From positions 9,230-73,229 of the forward strand of contig DAOSAY010000008.1 in the NCBI GenBank assembly GCA_035360515.1: a DNA stretch of 64,000 nt. Reading direction: 5' to 3'. The DNA is from Bacteroidales bacterium (GTDB lineage: Bacteria > Bacteroidota > Bacteroidia > Bacteroidales > VadinHA17). Both the position numbers and the translations under genes were made by a program. Positions 18,977-29,069 of the stretch are shown here, in pieces (position 1 is the stretch's first letter; every line of letters starts with the position of its first letter). Under the pieces are notes generated by a model. It was not told where the DNA came from. It was given only the letters and a program-made list of their open reading frames with translations, and did not search any database.

Positions 18977-19327
18977 TCAGATACTGTTTATTAATTTTTC
19001 AAGTTCAACTATTGCTTCGGCAGTATCGTGCTCATAATTTGATATGTAGGTGCTGTACTTTTCTGTTTCCATACCCTCTTTTGCCTGCAATTCGAAAGTC
19101 TTAAGCATACTGGCAAGATTTTCCATCCCCATAATTGCTACCGACGATTTTGCTTTATGTGCCAGAAGTCCAAGATTATAATAATCAGCTTCTTTAAGTA
19201 ATTTCTTCATTTCTTCTGAAATCTCACGAACCTGCGCCTTAAACATCTCCACTATTTCCTTAACAGTTTCCTTATCACCACCTGCCACTGACAACAGATA
19301 TTCAGGGTTAATATAATTATAACTCAT
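18977..19327 (-). CDS. Hpt (histidine phosphotransfer) domain protein
   Basis: Four-helix-type sequence with the phospho-His motif LLAHKAKSS. The ORF is open to 19369, but the ATG at 19327 (MSYNYINPEYL) is the more plausible start. Confidence 0.75.
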   Translation of the reverse strand: MSYNYINPEYLLSVAGGDKETVKEIVEMFKAQVREISEEMKKLLKEADYYNLGLLAHKAKSSVAIMGMENLASMLKTFELQAKEGMETEKYSTYISNYEHDTAEAIVELEKLINSI

Positions 19328-19613
19328 TGGGAAGAAATAATTTAAATTGAAAAAGGTTTTAGTTTTCAATTATAAAAATAATATTTATTTCAAAATTCAG
19401 GAATTTCGTTATTAATTTATTTCCGGTTGCTTATACTGTCGACCTTATAACTCCTTTTACCAGCAGATAAAATGAATATAAAATTCTGCGAGAAAACATT
19501 TTATTGTTTAATAAGATGTTACTTATAGTTTATTTTTTAAACAATAAACAGAAAATCAAACAGTTTTTTATTTGAAATAAATATTAAATTTAGCGTGCAA
19601 AATTCCTTTCAAA

Positions 19614-21707
19614 ATGAGACTAACAGGATATTCATTGTTGCTTATTTTATTGATTCTCACCTGCAGATCAGCAAATGCCCAGACAAATGTGGAAATAGAA
19701 AAGAGCCAGTTCAGAAATGTCAGGGATGGATTTAAAGTCGCATGGGAGCATGTGAAGGAGGGCGATGCATATTTTATGGAAGGTGGGGTATTGTACAGAA
19801 ATGCTTTTGAAGAGTATAAAAAAGCTTACGCATATAATTCAACAAATGCGGAATTAAATTACAAAATCGGAGTTGCTGCCTTATTTTCAGATAATCAGGA
19901 TAAGGCAGCCGAATATCTTCTTAAAGCCTATGAAATTAATAATAAAGTAGCTGAAGATGTGCTCCTGCTGGCAGGGAGAGCTCTTCAATATGCTGGCAGA
20001 TACAATGAGGCAATAGAAAAACTGGAATTATACATCGACTCTTCCAACAAAAGAAATAAAGCTGGAGTGGAGATGGCAAAAAAATACATTGAGGAATGTA
20101 AGTCAGCTATTGAATTAACAAAAGATACATTGAGAATTGAAATCCAGAACCTTGGTGGCAGTGTGAACTCCGATTGTGATGATTACAGTATAGTACCGAC
20201 AGGGGATGGGAAAAGAATATATTTTGGCTCGAGAAGAGCTACATCAGGTTCTTCTTCAAAGCGTTATGATGATAAGAAGTTTGATGAAAATATTTTTATT
20301 ACTGATTTTCAGAACGGTGTCTGGACAAATGCATTACCTGTTGGAAGTAAAATAAATACTGAATATTGTGAAACTCCTCTTTTTCTGAGCAAAGCAGAAG
20401 ACAGGCTATTTGTTTATGCGGGTTATGAAGGAAACGGTGATATTATGGTTTCCGAATTGAGAAGGGGGTCGTGGAGGGCGCCGGTAAAAGAAAAAATAGG
20501 GATTTCAAGCAACTTTCCCGAAACATCGATGTGTATTTCACCCGACGGAAATGAAGTTGCCTTTATACGCGATGCAGGTAAAAAAGGTATAGGCGGGAAA
20601 GACATTTATATTGTTAAAAGAATTCAGGATAAAAGGTGGTCAAAACCTCAAAATGCAGGAATAACAGTTAACAGCCGGTACGATGAGGAATCTGTAAGAT
20701 ATTCGAAAGGAGGTGATACATTGTGGTTCAGTTCTGCAGGGCACAATGCAATTGGAGGATTTGATATATTTTACAGTGTAAGAAGCACCGATGGCAGCTG
20801 GGGTCCTGCTATGAATGCAGGCTTTCCTATAAATACGCCATGGCATGAGCTCTTTTATGTCCCTGCCCCCGACGACGACAGTGCATTTTATTTTGTCTCC
20901 AACCGCAAGGGGGGATATGGTGGTCTCGACATTTATAAGGGTCGCCTGCTGCCTCCTCCTCCGGTTGTAACTCCTCCTGAACCCGAACCCGAACCTGTAA
21001 AGCCACCTGAACCACAGATTGTGGTGGTACGCGATACGGTAGTCATTATCAAGGAAGTTGCACCACCTGCCCCGGTCATTGACAAATCAGTTTACCTTAC
21101 TGGAAATATTACCGACTCAGAAACAGGTGCTCCTGTTCTTGCACGCATTGAAGTTATTGATTACCTTACAGATGCAGTTATTGCCACAACAGCAAGTTCT
21201 GATGCTGACGGTTCATATAAAGTAAAACTGCCTGAAAGGAAAATATATATAGTAAACGTTAGAGCTACAGGTTTCCTGTCGGATATGAAGAAGATATCAA
21301 TACCCGAAGATTATCCTTCCGATTTAATGAGGCTTGATGTTCAACTTGCAAAGGTCAAGGTGGGGAAGAAAGTTGTTCTCAACAATATCTTCTTCGAAAC
21401 AGGGAAAGCAGTGCTGACTAAAGATTCTTTCGAAGAACTCGATAAACTGGTGGGTATTATGAATGATAATCCCTCGATGAAGATTGAAATATCAGGCCAT
21501 ACTGATAATACAGGGAGTGCTGTGATAAATGCCCGGTTGTCAACAGAAAGAGCAAGAGCAGTTGTTGAATATCTGGTGAGCAAGGGGATAGACAGAGCGA
21601 GAATGACATATAGGGGTTATGGACCCGACCAGCCAATAGCTGATAATTCTACTCCTGAAGGGCGAGCCAAAAACCGCCGTGTGGAATTCAAAATACTTGA
21701 AATGTAA
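19614..21707 (+). CDS. OmpA family protein with TPR, TolB-like beta-propeller repeats and a CarboxypepD_reg-like domain
   Basis: 697-aa ORF with a signal peptide, a TPR-like N-region, WD40-like/TolB repeats and the Pro-rich linker PPPPVVTPPEPEPEPVKPPEP. The C-terminal OmpA domain carries NTGS...N..LS..RA and NRRVEF. Confidence 0.85.
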   Translation: MRLTGYSLLLILLILTCRSANAQTNVEIEKSQFRNVRDGFKVAWEHVKEGDAYFMEGGVLYRNAFEEYKKAYAYNSTNAELNYKIGVAALFSDNQDKAAEYLLKAYEINNKVAEDVLLLAGRALQYAGRYNEAIEKLELYIDSSNKRNKAGVEMAKKYIEECKSAIELTKDTLRIEIQNLGGSVNSDCDDYSIVPTGDGKRIYFGSRRATSGSSSKRYDDKKFDENIFITDFQNGVWTNALPVGSKINTEYCETPLFLSKAEDRLFVYAGYEGNGDIMVSELRRGSWRAPVKEKIGISSNFPETSMCISPDGNEVAFIRDAGKKGIGGKDIYIVKRIQDKRWSKPQNAGITVNSRYDEESVRYSKGGDTLWFSSAGHNAIGGFDIFYSVRSTDGSWGPAMNAGFPINTPWHELFYVPAPDDDSAFYFVSNRKGGYGGLDIYKGRLLPPPPVVTPPEPEPEPVKPPEPQIVVVRDTVVIIKEVAPPAPVIDKSVYLTGNITDSETGAPVLARIEVIDYLTDAVIATTASSDADGSYKVKLPERKIYIVNVRATGFLSDMKKISIPEDYPSDLMRLDVQLAKVKVGKKVVLNNIFFETGKAVLTKDSFEELDKLVGIMNDNPSMKIEISGHTDNTGSAVINARLSTERARAVVEYLVSKGIDRARMTYRGYGPDQPIADNSTPEGRAKNRRVEFKILEM

Positions 21708-21717
21708 ACTGAATGAG

Positions 21718-21747
21718 AATTTCATGACTTTAAGCATGAAATTTTAT
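21718..21747 (+). terminator. hairpin terminator after the OmpA-family gene
   Basis: 9-bp stem AATTTCATG/CATGAAATT with an 8-nt loop, followed by a T-rich tract. Confidence 0.5.
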
Positions 21748-21759
21748 TAATCAGTGACT

Positions 21760-21767
21760 TATTTTTG
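21760..21767 (+). promoter_or_regulatory. -7 promoter box (TATTTTTG) upstream of gcvT
   Basis: Perfect TAnnTTTG, 28 nt upstream of the ATG. Confidence 0.4.
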
Positions 21768-21795
21768 ACTTAAGTTTTTACAATTTTCCATAATT

Positions 21796-22902
21796 ATGAA
21801 ACATACTCCATTTACGCAGATCCACATTGGTCTGGGTGCAAAGATGGTACCTTTTGCCGGATTTTACATGCCTGTAGAATATACAGGAATTATCGATGAA
21901 CACATTACTGTGAGGGAAAAAGTTGGGGTATTTGATGTGTCGCATATGGGTGAATTCAGAGTCAAAGGACCGAATGCATTCGCTTTTTTACAGTATATTA
22001 CCTCAAATGACGTTTCAGCACTGTACGACGGAAAGGTTCAGTATTCATGTTTCCCCAACGGCAGGGGAGGAATAGTGGACGACTTGCTGATTTACAGGTT
22101 CAGTTCCGATGATTATCTTCTCGTGGTAAATGCTGCAAATATTGAAAAAGATTGGCAATGGTGTGTGCAGCACGCCAGACGCTTCGGTATTTTACCTGGA
22201 AAGGAAATTATTAACCTGTCCGACTCCACAGCACAGTTAGCTGTTCAGGGACCACTTGCACTAAAGGCAATGCAGAAATTAACCTCTGCCAGCATTGAAG
22301 GCATGGAATACTATACTTTCAAGGTTATTGAATTTGCTGGAATAAAAGATGTTATTTTCTCAACCACAGGTTATACTGGTGCAGGTGGATGCGAAATATA
22401 TGTGAAAAATGAAGATGGACCGCGGTTATGGGAAGCTGTTTTTGAAGCCGGAAAGGAATTTGGAATCAAACCTGCAGGACTTGGTGCCAGAGATACACTG
22501 CGTCTCGAAATGGGCTACTGCCTCTACGGAAATGACATCGATGATACAACCTCCCCTATAGAGGCAGGGCTTGGCTGGATAACAAAATTTGTTGACGGCA
22601 AAGACTTTATCGACCGGGAACTTCTTCTTAAACAAAAGACCGAAGGCACCAGCCGGAAACTCAGAGGTTTTGAAATGATTGAAAAAGGAATACCAAGACA
22701 ACATTATGAAGTGTTTGATTCCGCAGGAAATAAAATAGGTGAAGTGACATCAGGTACAATGTCTCCCATGCTGAAAAAGGGAATCGGTATGGCATACCTC
22801 ACCAGAGGATTCTGGAAACCTGGTACTGAAATATTCATTAGAATAAGAAATAAAGACCTTAAGGCAGTAATCGTTGAACTACCATTTTATAAAAAACAAT
22901 AG
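21796..22902 (+). CDS. gcvT: glycine cleavage system aminomethyltransferase T
   Basis: 368-aa ORF. Full-length GcvT-like ([28 protein letters not shown]). Confidence 0.95.
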   Translation: MKHTPFTQIHIGLGAKMVPFAGFYMPVEYTGIIDEHITVREKVGVFDVSHMGEFRVKGPNAFAFLQYITSNDVSALYDGKVQYSCFPNGRGGIVDDLLIYRFSSDDYLLVVNAANIEKDWQWCVQHARRFGILPGKEIINLSDSTAQLAVQGPLALKAMQKLTSASIEGMEYYTFKVIEFAGIKDVIFSTTGYTGAGGCEIYVKNEDGPRLWEAVFEAGKEFGIKPAGLGARDTLRLEMGYCLYGNDIDDTTSPIEAGLGWITKFVDGKDFIDRELLLKQKTEGTSRKLRGFEMIEKGIPRQHYEVFDSAGNKIGEVTSGTMSPMLKKGIGMAYLTRGFWKPGTEIFIRIRNKDLKAVIVELPFYKKQ

Positions 22903-22959
22903 GCTTGTAATAAATGATCTATTGATTTTCATCATTCCTGCTGAAAAGAGATAAATATG

Positions 22960-22967
22960 TAATTTTG
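22960..22967 (+). promoter_or_regulatory. -7 promoter box (TAATTTTG) upstream of comB
   Basis: Perfect TAnnTTTG, 25 nt upstream of the ATG. Confidence 0.4.
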
Positions 22968-22992
22968 AAATGCTGGCTTAAGCTCCGGAATA

Positions 22993-23718
22993 ATGGAAAA
23001 ACTCAAACTTGAAGTTTGCCTTTCTCCTGCAATGTTCCACAGGTATGATTGTAGAGGCAATATTGTGGTTATTATAGATGTACTGAGGGCATGTTCGGCA
23101 ATTTGCACTGCTTTTGAAAACGGCGCGGCTGAAATCATTCCTGTTGCAGAAGCTGAAGAGGCAAAGGAGTATAAAAACAGAGGTTATCTGGTAGCAGCTG
23201 AAAGAGATGGTTTTACACTCGATTTTGCCGATTTTGGAAATTCTCCTTTTAATTTTACACGCGAACGTGTTGAAGGCAAAACAATAGCTTATTCAACAAC
23301 CAACGGGACGAGGATTATAGAAATGACTGATAAATCATACAAAACTATTATAGGAGCTTTTCTGAATATTTCTTCGGTAACAGAATGGATTCTGGCAGAG
23401 AAGAAGGATGTAATTCTTTTCTGCGCCGGCTGGAAAGACAGATTCAGTCTTGAAGATACAGTTTGCGCCGGAGCATATGCATCGAGGCTCCTTGAAAGTG
23501 GACTCTTTACTACTATTTGTGATTCCGTTCATGCTTCTCTGGACATATGGGAGATAGCCAGGAATGATCTGAGAGGATATATTGAGAAAGCAGCTCAGAG
23601 AAGCCGTCTTCGCGATAAGGGACTTGACGATTGTATTGATTTCTGCCTTACTGCTGATATTACACCAGTTATACCGGTCGTGGAGAAAGGGAAAATTGTA
23701 CCTTTGAGATATAAATAG
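22993..23718 (+). CDS. comB: 2-phosphosulfolactate phosphatase family protein
   Basis: 241-aa ORF with ComB-family N-terminal signature VVIIDVLRACSAI. Confidence 0.85.
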   Translation: MEKLKLEVCLSPAMFHRYDCRGNIVVIIDVLRACSAICTAFENGAAEIIPVAEAEEAKEYKNRGYLVAAERDGFTLDFADFGNSPFNFTRERVEGKTIAYSTTNGTRIIEMTDKSYKTIIGAFLNISSVTEWILAEKKDVILFCAGWKDRFSLEDTVCAGAYASRLLESGLFTTICDSVHASLDIWEIARNDLRGYIEKAAQRSRLRDKGLDDCIDFCLTADITPVIPVVEKGKIVPLRYK

Positions 23719-23831
23719 AAAAAAGGCAGAATTAAATAGACAGGGACAGGAAGGTAGTATGAAATTTTAAGAAATAAATAAATTGAAATATTATTGCGAT
23801 AAAAGAACAGTATTAAAATAAACTTCAAACT

Positions 23832-24902
23832 ATGAAAAAGCACAATTTTTACGCAGGGCCTTCTATTCTTCCGCAATTCACTATTGAAAAGACAATAGAA
23901 GGAATCAAAAATTTTGCCGGAACAGGGTTGTCAGTTCTTGAGATATCCCACCGGAGTAAAGAGTTTATAGCATGTATGAATGATACAATAGCACTGGTTA
24001 AGGAGCTGCTTGATGTTCCTCAGGGTTATCATGTTATTTTCCTTGGAGGGGGTGCCAGCTTGCAGTTTTGTATGGTGCCGATAAATCTACTTAAGAATAA
24101 AGCAGCATATCTTGTAACAGGTGAATGGGCTTCCAAAGCTTTCAAGGAAGCAAAGCTTATTGGTGAAGCAGTTGAAGTGGCATCATCAAAAGACAGGAAT
24201 TTCTCGTATATACCGAAAAATTACACCATTCCTGCCGATGCCGATTATTTTCATATAACAACAAATAATACCATTTACGGAACTGAGCTTAAGGAGGATC
24301 CTGATTCACCGGTACCTGTGGTTGCAGATATGTCATCCGATATTTTCAGTCGTCCGGTGGATGTTTCAAAATATGCAATAATTTATGCTGGTGCTCAGAA
24401 AAACCTTGGACCGGCAGGTGTAACAATGGTTATCGTCAGGGAAGATGTTCTCGGGAAAGTTGAGCGTACCATCCCCACAATGCTCGATTACCGTACGCAC
24501 ATAAAGGCAGAATCGATGTTCAATACTCCTCCGGTGTTCGCGGTATTTGCCGCACAACAAACCCTTCTCTGGCTGAAAGAAATGGGTGGTGTAAGAGTTA
24601 TGCAGAAACGAAACGAAGAAAAAGCAAAAATTCTTTATGATGAGATTGAAAGGAATAAATTGTTCATGCCCACGGTAAGCGATCCTGCCGACCGTTCAAT
24701 TATGAATGTATGTTTTGTGATGAAACCCGAATACAAAGAACTTGAAGCAGAGTTCCTTGATTTTGCAAAATCACGAGGGATGGTTGGTATTGCAGGACAC
24801 AGGTCGGTAGGTGGTTTCAGAGCTTCACTTTATAATGCTCTTCCAAAAGAGAGCGTTGAGGCTCTGGTGGAGGTTATGAAGGAATTTGAATCCAAAAAAT
24901 AG
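23832..24902 (+). CDS. serC: phosphoserine aminotransferase
   Basis: 356-aa ORF that is SerC-like throughout ([22 protein letters not shown] with the PLP lysine). Confidence 0.96.
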   Translation: MKKHNFYAGPSILPQFTIEKTIEGIKNFAGTGLSVLEISHRSKEFIACMNDTIALVKELLDVPQGYHVIFLGGGASLQFCMVPINLLKNKAAYLVTGEWASKAFKEAKLIGEAVEVASSKDRNFSYIPKNYTIPADADYFHITTNNTIYGTELKEDPDSPVPVVADMSSDIFSRPVDVSKYAIIYAGAQKNLGPAGVTMVIVREDVLGKVERTIPTMLDYRTHIKAESMFNTPPVFAVFAAQQTLLWLKEMGGVRVMQKRNEEKAKILYDEIERNKLFMPTVSDPADRSIMNVCFVMKPEYKELEAEFLDFAKSRGMVGIAGHRSVGGFRASLYNALPKESVEALVEVMKEFESKK

Positions 24903-24906
24903 AATC

Positions 24907-25824
24907 ATGAAAATATTGCTGGCAACAGAAAAACCATTTTCTCCTGCTGCAGTCAGAAAAATGCGTGAGCTGGCAGAAGCTGAAGGGCATCAGTTTGTTA
25001 CGCTTGAGAGTTACACGAGTATTGAAGAATTATTACATGCTGTTGCCGATGCCAGCGCACTGATTGTAAGGAGTGATCCAGTTACTGCTCAGGTTCTCGA
25101 TGCTGCACCTGAATTAAAACTTGTGGTGAGGGCTGGCGCCGGATACGATAATATCGACATCAAAGCCTGCACAGCCCGCAATGTGATTGCTATGAACACA
25201 CCCGGGCAGAACTCCAACGCTGTTGCTGAACTTGCATTCCTTATGATGCTTTATATGGCACGTTCAGGGTTTGCAGGAAAATGGGGTACGGAACTCAGAG
25301 GCAAGTCGATAGGGTTACACGGATTTGGAAACGTCAGCCGTTTTATGAACCAGATCGCAAAAGGTTTCGGCATGAAGGTATATGCCTACGATCCGTATGT
25401 TGAGGAAAATGAGATGAAACAGTCAGGCGTCATTCCCTGCAAAACTCCTGAAGAACTTTACAGCAATTGTCAGTATGTGTCATTGCATATTCCTTTAAAT
25501 AATAAAACCCGGAAATCTATTGGCTACGAATTACTGAAACTGATGCCACCCGAAGCTGTGCTCGTGAATACAGCAAGGAAAGAAATAATAGATGAAGATG
25601 GCTTGCTGAAAATATTCGACGAACGGTCAGATATTAAATATCTTTCGGATATTGAACCTGACTGTAAAGCCATATTTGAACAGAAATACAGCGGAAGATT
25701 TTTATTTACGGCCAAAAAGATGGGGGCTCAAACAGAGGAAGCTAATACCAATGCTGGAATTGCTGCTGTAAAACAAATTATTGATTATTTCAAAACAGGA
25801 AATGATAAGTTCAGAGTTAACTGA
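24907..25824 (+). CDS. serA: D-3-phosphoglycerate dehydrogenase-like 2-hydroxyacid dehydrogenase (short form, no ACT domain)
   Basis: D-isomer 2-hydroxyacid dehydrogenase NAD motif GLHGFGNVS. The ATG at 24907 lies just after the serC stop, while the ORF is open from 24886. Positioned in the serC operon. Confidence 0.85.
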   Translation: MKILLATEKPFSPAAVRKMRELAEAEGHQFVTLESYTSIEELLHAVADASALIVRSDPVTAQVLDAAPELKLVVRAGAGYDNIDIKACTARNVIAMNTPGQNSNAVAELAFLMMLYMARSGFAGKWGTELRGKSIGLHGFGNVSRFMNQIAKGFGMKVYAYDPYVEENEMKQSGVIPCKTPEELYSNCQYVSLHIPLNNKTRKSIGYELLKLMPPEAVLVNTARKEIIDEDGLLKIFDERSDIKYLSDIEPDCKAIFEQKYSGRFLFTAKKMGAQTEEANTNAGIAAVKQIIDYFKTGNDKFRVN

Positions 25825-25845
25825 ATAATACCTTATATATTATAT

Positions 25846-27096
25846 ATGGCTGTTGTTAAACCTTTCAGGGGTCTGAGACCACCTGCATCAATAGTTAAGG
25901 ACCTTGCCTGTCTTCCATATGATGTAATGAACACAGAAGAAGCAAGGCAAATGGCAAAGGGGAAGGAGTGTTCATTGCTTCATATCACAAGGGCTGAGAT
26001 AGATTTGCCTGAAGGAACTGATATTCATTCCAGAGAAGTTTACGACAAATCGGTTGAGAATTTTAGATTGTGGCGTGAAAGAGGCTGGCTGGTTCAGGAT
26101 AAAGAGCCACATTTTTATATTTATGCCCAGACCATGGGAGGAAGAACTCAATACGGTATTGCCGGTTGTGCTTCCGTTGACGACTATTATAACGGAATTA
26201 TTAAAAAACATGAGCTTACCCGGCCCGATAAGGAGAGGGACAGGATGATTCATATTAAGGTAAACAATGCGAACATTGAACCAGTTTTTTTAGCCTATCC
26301 TGCTGTAGATGAGATAGATAAAATTGTTACGGAAATAACACAAAAACAGAAGCCTGAATACGATTTTATTTCAGAAGATGGAATAGGCCACCATTTCTGG
26401 GTGATATGGGATAAAGATACAAACAGGAAGATTGAAGAACTTTTCCGAACAAGAGTACCATATACTTACATCGCAGATGGTCATCACCGTACAGCTGCAG
26501 CAGCTCTTGCTGGCAAAGAAAAAAGGGAAAGCAATCCCCTGCACAGGGGAGATGAAGAATATAACTTTTTTCTGGCAGTCCATTTTCCTGATAACCAGTT
26601 GAAAATACTCGACTACAATCGGGTTGTGAAAGACCTTAACGGGTTAACACCAAAAGAATTAATTGAAAGGATAAAAGCGAGTTTTTCTGTAGAAGATAAG
26701 GGAACAGAGATATATCATCCCCGGCATTTACATAATTTCTCAATGTACCTCGATGGCAGATGGTACAGCCTCACAGCAAAGCAGGGTACTTATAACGATG
26801 ATGACCCGGTTGGGGTCCTCGATGTCAACATCCTTACAAACCATATTCTTGCCCCGGTACTGGGGATTGAAGACCTGAGGCGTTCAACACGCATCGATTT
26901 TGTTGGCGGTATAAGAGGACTTGAGGAATTGAAAAAGAGAGTCGACAGCGGCGAAATGCAGGTTGCTTTTGCTCTTTACCCTGTTTCCATTAAACAACTT
27001 ATCAACATTGCGGATACAGGCAACATAATGCCCCCAAAGACAACATGGTTCGAACCCAAGCTGCGAAGCGGACTGGTGATTCATCTGCTTGACTGA
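25846..27096 (+). CDS. DUF1015 domain-containing protein
   Basis: 416-aa ORF with the characteristic N-terminus MAVVKPFRGLRP and motif ADGHHR. Confidence 0.85.
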   Translation: MAVVKPFRGLRPPASIVKDLACLPYDVMNTEEARQMAKGKECSLLHITRAEIDLPEGTDIHSREVYDKSVENFRLWRERGWLVQDKEPHFYIYAQTMGGRTQYGIAGCASVDDYYNGIIKKHELTRPDKERDRMIHIKVNNANIEPVFLAYPAVDEIDKIVTEITQKQKPEYDFISEDGIGHHFWVIWDKDTNRKIEELFRTRVPYTYIADGHHRTAAAALAGKEKRESNPLHRGDEEYNFFLAVHFPDNQLKILDYNRVVKDLNGLTPKELIERIKASFSVEDKGTEIYHPRHLHNFSMYLDGRWYSLTAKQGTYNDDDPVGVLDVNILTNHILAPVLGIEDLRRSTRIDFVGGIRGLEELKKRVDSGEMQVAFALYPVSIKQLINIADTGNIMPPKTTWFEPKLRSGLVIHLLD

Positions 27097-27108
27097 AATA
27101 GAATTGAT

Positions 27109-27789
27109 ATGGATATTGCATTGAATATTAAGCGGTTAAGGGATGAAGTCCCGGAACATGTGAAGATAGTTGCAATTTCTAAAACACACCCGGTAAGCGA
27201 TATAATGATTGCTTATCAGGCCGGGCATAAAATATTCGGAGAAAACAGGGCACAGGAATTACTTTCAAAAAAAGATCTGTTGCCACAGGATATCGAATGG
27301 CATTTCGTAGGTCATCTTCAGACAAATAAAGTTAAAATGGTTGTGCCGAATGTGAAACTGATTCATTCGGTTGACAGCTTTAAGTTATTGAATGCCATTA
27401 ACAAAGAAGCAGCAAAATTAAATCTTTCAGTTGAGTGCCTGCTGCAGTTCCATATTGCACGGGAGGAAACAAAATCGGGATTTACTTTTGAGGAAGCACT
27501 TAGAATGCTTAATTCTCAGGAAATCAAAGAAATGAACAATGTGATAATCAGAGGGGTAATGGGGATGGCTACTTTTACCGACGACATGAAGGTGGTCAGG
27601 AATGAGTTCAGAACTCTTAGAAAATATTTTAACATATTAAAAGATAGATATTTCATTGACAATAAGTATTTCACTGAAATATCAATGGGTATGTCGGGCG
27701 ACTACAGAATCGCAATTGAGGAAGGAAGTACTATTATACGCGTGGGAACTCTTATATTTGGAGAACGTAATTATTTTGAAAACGATTAA
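27109..27789 (+). CDS. yggS: YggS family pyridoxal-phosphate homeostasis protein
   Basis: 226-aa ORF with the PLP-lysine context VAISKTHP and FGENRAQE. Confidence 0.93.
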   Translation: MDIALNIKRLRDEVPEHVKIVAISKTHPVSDIMIAYQAGHKIFGENRAQELLSKKDLLPQDIEWHFVGHLQTNKVKMVVPNVKLIHSVDSFKLLNAINKEAAKLNLSVECLLQFHIAREETKSGFTFEEALRMLNSQEIKEMNNVIIRGVMGMATFTDDMKVVRNEFRTLRKYFNILKDRYFIDNKYFTEISMGMSGDYRIAIEEGSTIIRVGTLIFGERNYFEND

Positions 27790-27798
27790 ACATATAAT

Positions 27799-28776
27799 AT
27801 GAGCAAGCTCAGTACAAAATACCTGGGACTGGAGCTGAAGAGTCCTGTAATTGCTGGTAGCAGTGGTCAGACGTCATCTCTGGAAAAAATAAAGGAAGCA
27901 GAGAATTGCGGAGCTGGTGCAATCGTTCTGAAATCACTCTTTGAGGAACAGATAGAACATCTTATAGCTTCTTCAGGTGGCCAGCACTCATACCCTGAAG
28001 CTGAGGATTATATGGCGTATTACATAAAAGCCAATGCGGTTGAAGATTATCTGAATCTTATTTCTTCTGCTAAAAAAAGTATTAGCATTCCCATAATACC
28101 CAGTATTAACTGTATATCAGCCGGTTCATGGATTGATTATGCGAAAATGTTTGAGAATGCAGGTGCTGATGCTCTTGAGATCAACATCTTTTTCTTACCG
28201 GTAAAAGGTGAAACCACAGGCTCAGAGATTGAAAAAAGTTATCTGCAGATAATTGAAAAACTCAAAAGCAAAGTTAAAGTACCAATAGCAGTAAAAATCG
28301 GCTTCAGGTTTACTAATATTCTGAATATTATTGAATTACTTTACAAGAGGGGAGTGGAAGGAGTTGTAATGTTTAACAGGTTCTACGAACCGGACATTGA
28401 CATTGATAAAATGGCAGTTGTTCCTGCAGAGGTATTCAGTCTGCCGGCTGAAAGACGCTATGTTCTCAGATGGATTGCAATGGCTGATGCTCTTGATTTC
28501 AAAATTGATATATCGGCTTCAACAGGTATTCATAGTGGTGATGATGCGATAAAATATCTTCTTGCCGGTGCAGATACTGTACAGGTATGCTCGGCACTTT
28601 ATAAGAAAGGCATTGGTTTTATAAAAGAGGTGAACGAACGGATAATCAGCTGGATGGAAAAAAAGGGATTTAATTCCATTAATCAGTTCAGAGGAAAACT
28701 CAATTATTCAGCTGTCGAGAATCCGATACTTTACGAAAGGGCACAGTTTATGAAATTCTTTTCATCGCACGATTAG
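27799..28776 (+). CDS. dihydroorotate dehydrogenase-like (class 1 TIM-barrel flavoprotein) protein
   Basis: 325-aa ORF with PyrD-like N-terminus YLGLELKSPVIAGSSG and EINIF motifs. Its true substrate cannot be judged from sequence alone. Confidence 0.8.
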   Translation: MSKLSTKYLGLELKSPVIAGSSGQTSSLEKIKEAENCGAGAIVLKSLFEEQIEHLIASSGGQHSYPEAEDYMAYYIKANAVEDYLNLISSAKKSISIPIIPSINCISAGSWIDYAKMFENAGADALEINIFFLPVKGETTGSEIEKSYLQIIEKLKSKVKVPIAVKIGFRFTNILNIIELLYKRGVEGVVMFNRFYEPDIDIDKMAVVPAEVFSLPAERRYVLRWIAMADALDFKIDISASTGIHSGDDAIKYLLAGADTVQVCSALYKKGIGFIKEVNERIISWMEKKGFNSINQFRGKLNYSAVENPILYERAQFMKFFSSHD

Positions 28777-29004
28777 AAATTTAAATAATGGTATAATTCC
28801 ACCTGTAGATTTTTCATTGTACCCGGTGATATAAATTTTTAACCACTAATGATGCATTAGAACTATCAAAGTGATACTGAATCAATAACATAGGTTGACT
28901 AAAAGCAAAGAAGGAATAGCACATTTTCTATAAAAATTTACCATAAATTTTAAGTTGAAATATTCAATAAATTTTCTTGAAATAAAAAAGATATTTTAAC
29001 CTTT

Positions 29005-29035
29005 TTTGAAAAATAAAAATATTGTGCTAATTTAG
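29005..29035 (+). promoter_or_regulatory. putative -33 (TTTG) / -7 (TAATTTAG) promoter for the lipoprotein pair
   Basis: TTTG at 29005-29008 and TAATTTAG at 29028-29035 (one mismatch), with 19-nt spacing. Confidence 0.3.
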
Positions 29036-29069
29036 TCGTTAATTAGTTGGTAACTTAAACTTTTTGATC

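Noticed and set aside
20941-21010. GC-rich CCT/GAACC(C/T) repeats that look like a DNA tandem repeat.
   Set aside because: It is in frame within the OmpA-family gene and encodes the Pro/Glu linker PPPPVVTPPEPEPEPVKPPEP. This is an ordinary interdomain linker, not a non-coding repeat.
21708-21795. Possible glycine riboswitch upstream of gcvT.
   Set aside because: The spacer is only 88 nt. A terminator hairpin for the upstream OmpA gene and a -7 promoter box account for it. There is no room for a glycine aptamer and I saw no matching conserved core.
22993-23718. ComB (2-phosphosulfolactate phosphatase) as evidence of coenzyme M biosynthesis.
   Set aside because: ComB-family proteins are widespread in bacteria that do not make coenzyme M. 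No other com genes are present, so only the family call is kept.
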